Below, piece after piece: positions 61,396 to 64,000 of a DNA stretch of 64,000 bases. The stretch is from Macrostomum lignano (taxonomy: Eukaryota): positions 186,001 through 250,000 of the forward strand of contig NIVC01000746.1 in the NCBI GenBank assembly GCA_002269645.1, read 5' to 3'. The number at the start of each line of letters is the position of its first letter. Positions within the stretch are counted from its first letter, which is position 1. The notes beneath the pieces are model-generated. The model made no database searches. It had not been told where the DNA came from and saw only the letters and a program-made list of their open reading frames with translations. A program made the translations under genes and the position numbers.

Positions 61396-63789
61396 ATGAA
61401 GCGCATGCACCAGCAAGATGAATATACTGGCTTCATCAGCGCTGCCATAACTAAAATTGAAAGCCTTCTGCAAAAAGTTCAATCCCAGTTGAAAGCAGTA
61501 ACAAGTCTGGATCACATCAGCTCTATTCTGTCACATATTGAGCAAGTGTACATGATGAGCTGCAGCCATCCTGACGGCAGTTTCACAGAGCAACAGGTTG
61601 AAAAGTACTTTAGAGAGCTCGGCGGATGCTTTGCTCTGAAAGCCTCTCTGCTGGAGGACATATGCCGACTGTGCGTGCAGATCTTCAAGGCCCACGCTGA
61701 CGATTGCTTTGTGCCGTCATCGGACGAGCAGAAAATCGCATTCGGCCAGCAGTTCGAGTTGCTCAACTCTTTATTGAAAATATTCCATAATTTCACGGAC
61801 GCCAGCGAGGACTTCTGCCTGGCCCTATCGCGTGTTGAGTGTCTTTACCGGGACTGCGCCAGTCCGCTGCTAACCGGCTGGGTCAGCCGCCACGTCAGCC
61901 TCTCGCAGTGCCGCCTTCTGGTCAACTCCGTGCTGGGCTTCGTTGGTAACCAGTTTTTTAAGAATAATTCCGATATCTACTACACCTTATCGGCGCTGGA
62001 ATTGGTTGAGCCGGTGATGCCTTACCTCTCCAGTCCGGTGCTCAACATTAAGGTCCTCGCACTGTTTCTCATTGCGTTTGCGCTTGACGAGAGCCAGGTA
62101 AGTAGACAGACATTGATGAATAGTTGAGGTTTCAAGGTATCAAGCTATACTTCAAGAGTAATTTCCTTTTTATTCTGCCAGTTTTAAAGCGATTTCTTAG
62201 AAAACTCATAAGTGAGGTCAAATGTGCTCCACGTGATTCTATTGCTATGCTGTCCTGTGGCCTGACCTTTCTTAAATAAAAAGAAGTCTGGAAGTCTCAA
62301 AACTTCACCTCGGTTTTTGCTCTCTTCTTGAGCTCTGGGTAATCTAAAAGCCCCCCCCCCAGCGAATCGAAGGACTTTCCATTTGTAATTGTTGCAACCT
62401 CTCAATCATCAAATAGATACGTACTATTACCTGCTTATCGATGCTCAGTTGAATCAATTTGTACTCGGATCCTCCCAGGCTGAGCTGTACGAGAGCGCCA
62501 CGGAGGTGATGCAGTTCCTGGTGGACAGCCTCAAGGAGGCCACAAAGTCAGACAATCGGACCTGCTACGTCAGCCTGCTGGACGCTGACTACCAGACTTA
62601 CCACGCCATCGAGCTGGCTCAGTGCATCAACCGGTTGGCTTTGAACGAAGTCAACAAGAAGCTGCTGGTTGGCTTCGGCCTGCTGCCGGTGCTAAAGACG
62701 ATGCTCGACGGAGAGGCCGAGGATGAAATCGCCGCGGCGTTGGACATTCTCTTCACCCTCAGCTTCAGGTTGGTGTCTTGGAAGGGGAGTAGTCAGGAAG
62801 ATCGGCACCATTTCAGTTGAAAGGGCGCCAGCAAATGAGGCGCCAAACATGCAGGTGGGCGAAGCAGCTCTGTGGAAAACGCATCTGACGCGCCACGAGA
62901 CCCCTGATTCGATTCCAAGTGCAGTCACATTAATTGGAATCTCGGCTTGGCTCTGCTCGTGCAATTAATATTTTTGAGGGCCAACCCCTAAGACTCAGTA
63001 AAGTGTACATGACTAACGATAAATAAAGTTAGGGCCGCTGTACTCGTCTGTGCGTATGACTTCGTACGTATCCGCGCGCTTGTGTGTCTGCTCAGGGCAG
63101 TCGGTGGAATGGGCAGTAATGCCTCTCGCCGGTTGTGTGACAATGTCGCTTTAAGTGCGCTACAGGGTCCAGACAGCCCCCTATACCACAGAGAATGTAC
63201 ATGCATGATAAAACGAAAGCAAAATGACCTGTATGAGTGCGTGCCTGTGAACATGTGCTGAGGAGTCATGGAATGGGTAGAATTAATTGCTGATTGAAGG
63301 AATTTCGCCAGCCTTTGCCACGTCTCCTGGCATCCGCTACTTGTCTTGGTTGGCACAAGCTACTGAAATCAGACGCTTGGGGTGGAGATCTCATCAGATA
63401 TGAGCAGAAACGCGCAAATCCCCCACCCCCCTCTCCTGCGCAGAGAAGACAATCGCGAGGCCATCAAGCAGCAGTTCTCGGACAGCCTGCAGCGCCTGTA
63501 CTCAAGCGACCAGCCAAGTCGGCATACTCGGAGGCTGTGGCGGAGTTATCGACCGATGCAGGGCCTCGACTTGAACCTGGGCGGCTTTGTCTCTGGACTC
63601 TGCGCCAGGGCGGTGGACGATAAGCCGCAGCAACAGCAGCAGCAGAAACAGTTATTGAAAGGAAAAAAACAAGAACCAAGACCGAAGAACAAAGAGTCGG
63701 AGACTGGTCACGTGATGATCAGCTATCAGCACGAGAATAAGCAATTAGCGATGCGGATTAAAGATGCTCTGAGCCAGCACGGCTTTCAG
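61396..63789 (+). CDS. ARM/HEAT-like repeat protein with a C-terminal TIR-like domain; continues beyond the window
   Basis: Exons 61396-62097, 62479-62768 and 63444-63789 splice in phase. Helical ARM-like motifs (LALNEVNKKLLV..LLPVL..AAALDILFTLSF) are followed by GHVMISYQHENKQLAMRIKDALSQHGFQ, typical of a TIR_2 domain start. Confidence 0.75.
62855..63175 (+). mobile_element. SINE-like family B copy
   Basis: TTCGATTCCAAGTGCAG B-box region; body matches the reverse complement of 7960-8190 and 30385-30620. Confidence 0.7.
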
Positions 63790-63854
63790 GTAGGTAAATT
63801 TTTATGCGGCAGTTTTCTACAAGACAAATAGTTTTTAGCATGCGTTTTAATCGT

Positions 63855-64000
63855 GGCCTCACTGATTGTTCATTTGTAACATCACTGGCTGTTTCATTTG
63901 TAACATTGCTGATTGTTTTATTCGTAACATCACTGGCTGTTTCACTTGTAACATCACTGGTTGTTTTATTCGTGACATCACTGGTTGTTTCATTCGTGAC
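63855..64000. repeat. About 27-bp tandem repeat (partial, runs off the window)
   Basis: GTAACATCACTGGCTGTTTCATTT variants. Confidence 0.85.

Overview
Eukaryotic (metazoan) genomic DNA with spliceosomal introns, GC-rich coding exons and many tandem repeats, almost all intronic. The style resembles a free-living flatworm such as Macrostomum; this is inference only. Genes reconstructed by hand from splice sites: (1) a tandem-domain protein tyrosine phosphatase (+, 169-12475, 5' end outside the window) in which both PTP domains look catalytically degenerate; (2) a nested antisense signal peptide-PAN/apple-LamG-like gene inside a PTP intron, broken by a frameshift and a small retro-insertion; (3) a divergent, probably inactive USP-like gene (-, 15573-21614); (4) a type I LRR transmembrane protein (+, 25213-29614); (5) a GRK4/5/6-family kinase (-, about 35500-45479); (6) three small secreted single-WSC-domain genes, two head-to-head and two with a gene-conversion signature; (7) an ARM-repeat plus TIR-like gene (+, from 61396, running off the window). 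Mobile DNA: a degenerate Ingi/I-group LINE (2A-like motif, two PHD-like fingers, APE, RT, RNase H) containing a solo LTR, a truncated Ty3/Gypsy element, Chapaev-like and hAT-like non-autonomous DNA elements, MITEs and two tRNA-derived SINE families. No CRISPR array, rRNA or intact tRNA gene is supported. Exon boundaries and family assignments were made by eye and need HMM and RNA-seq confirmation.
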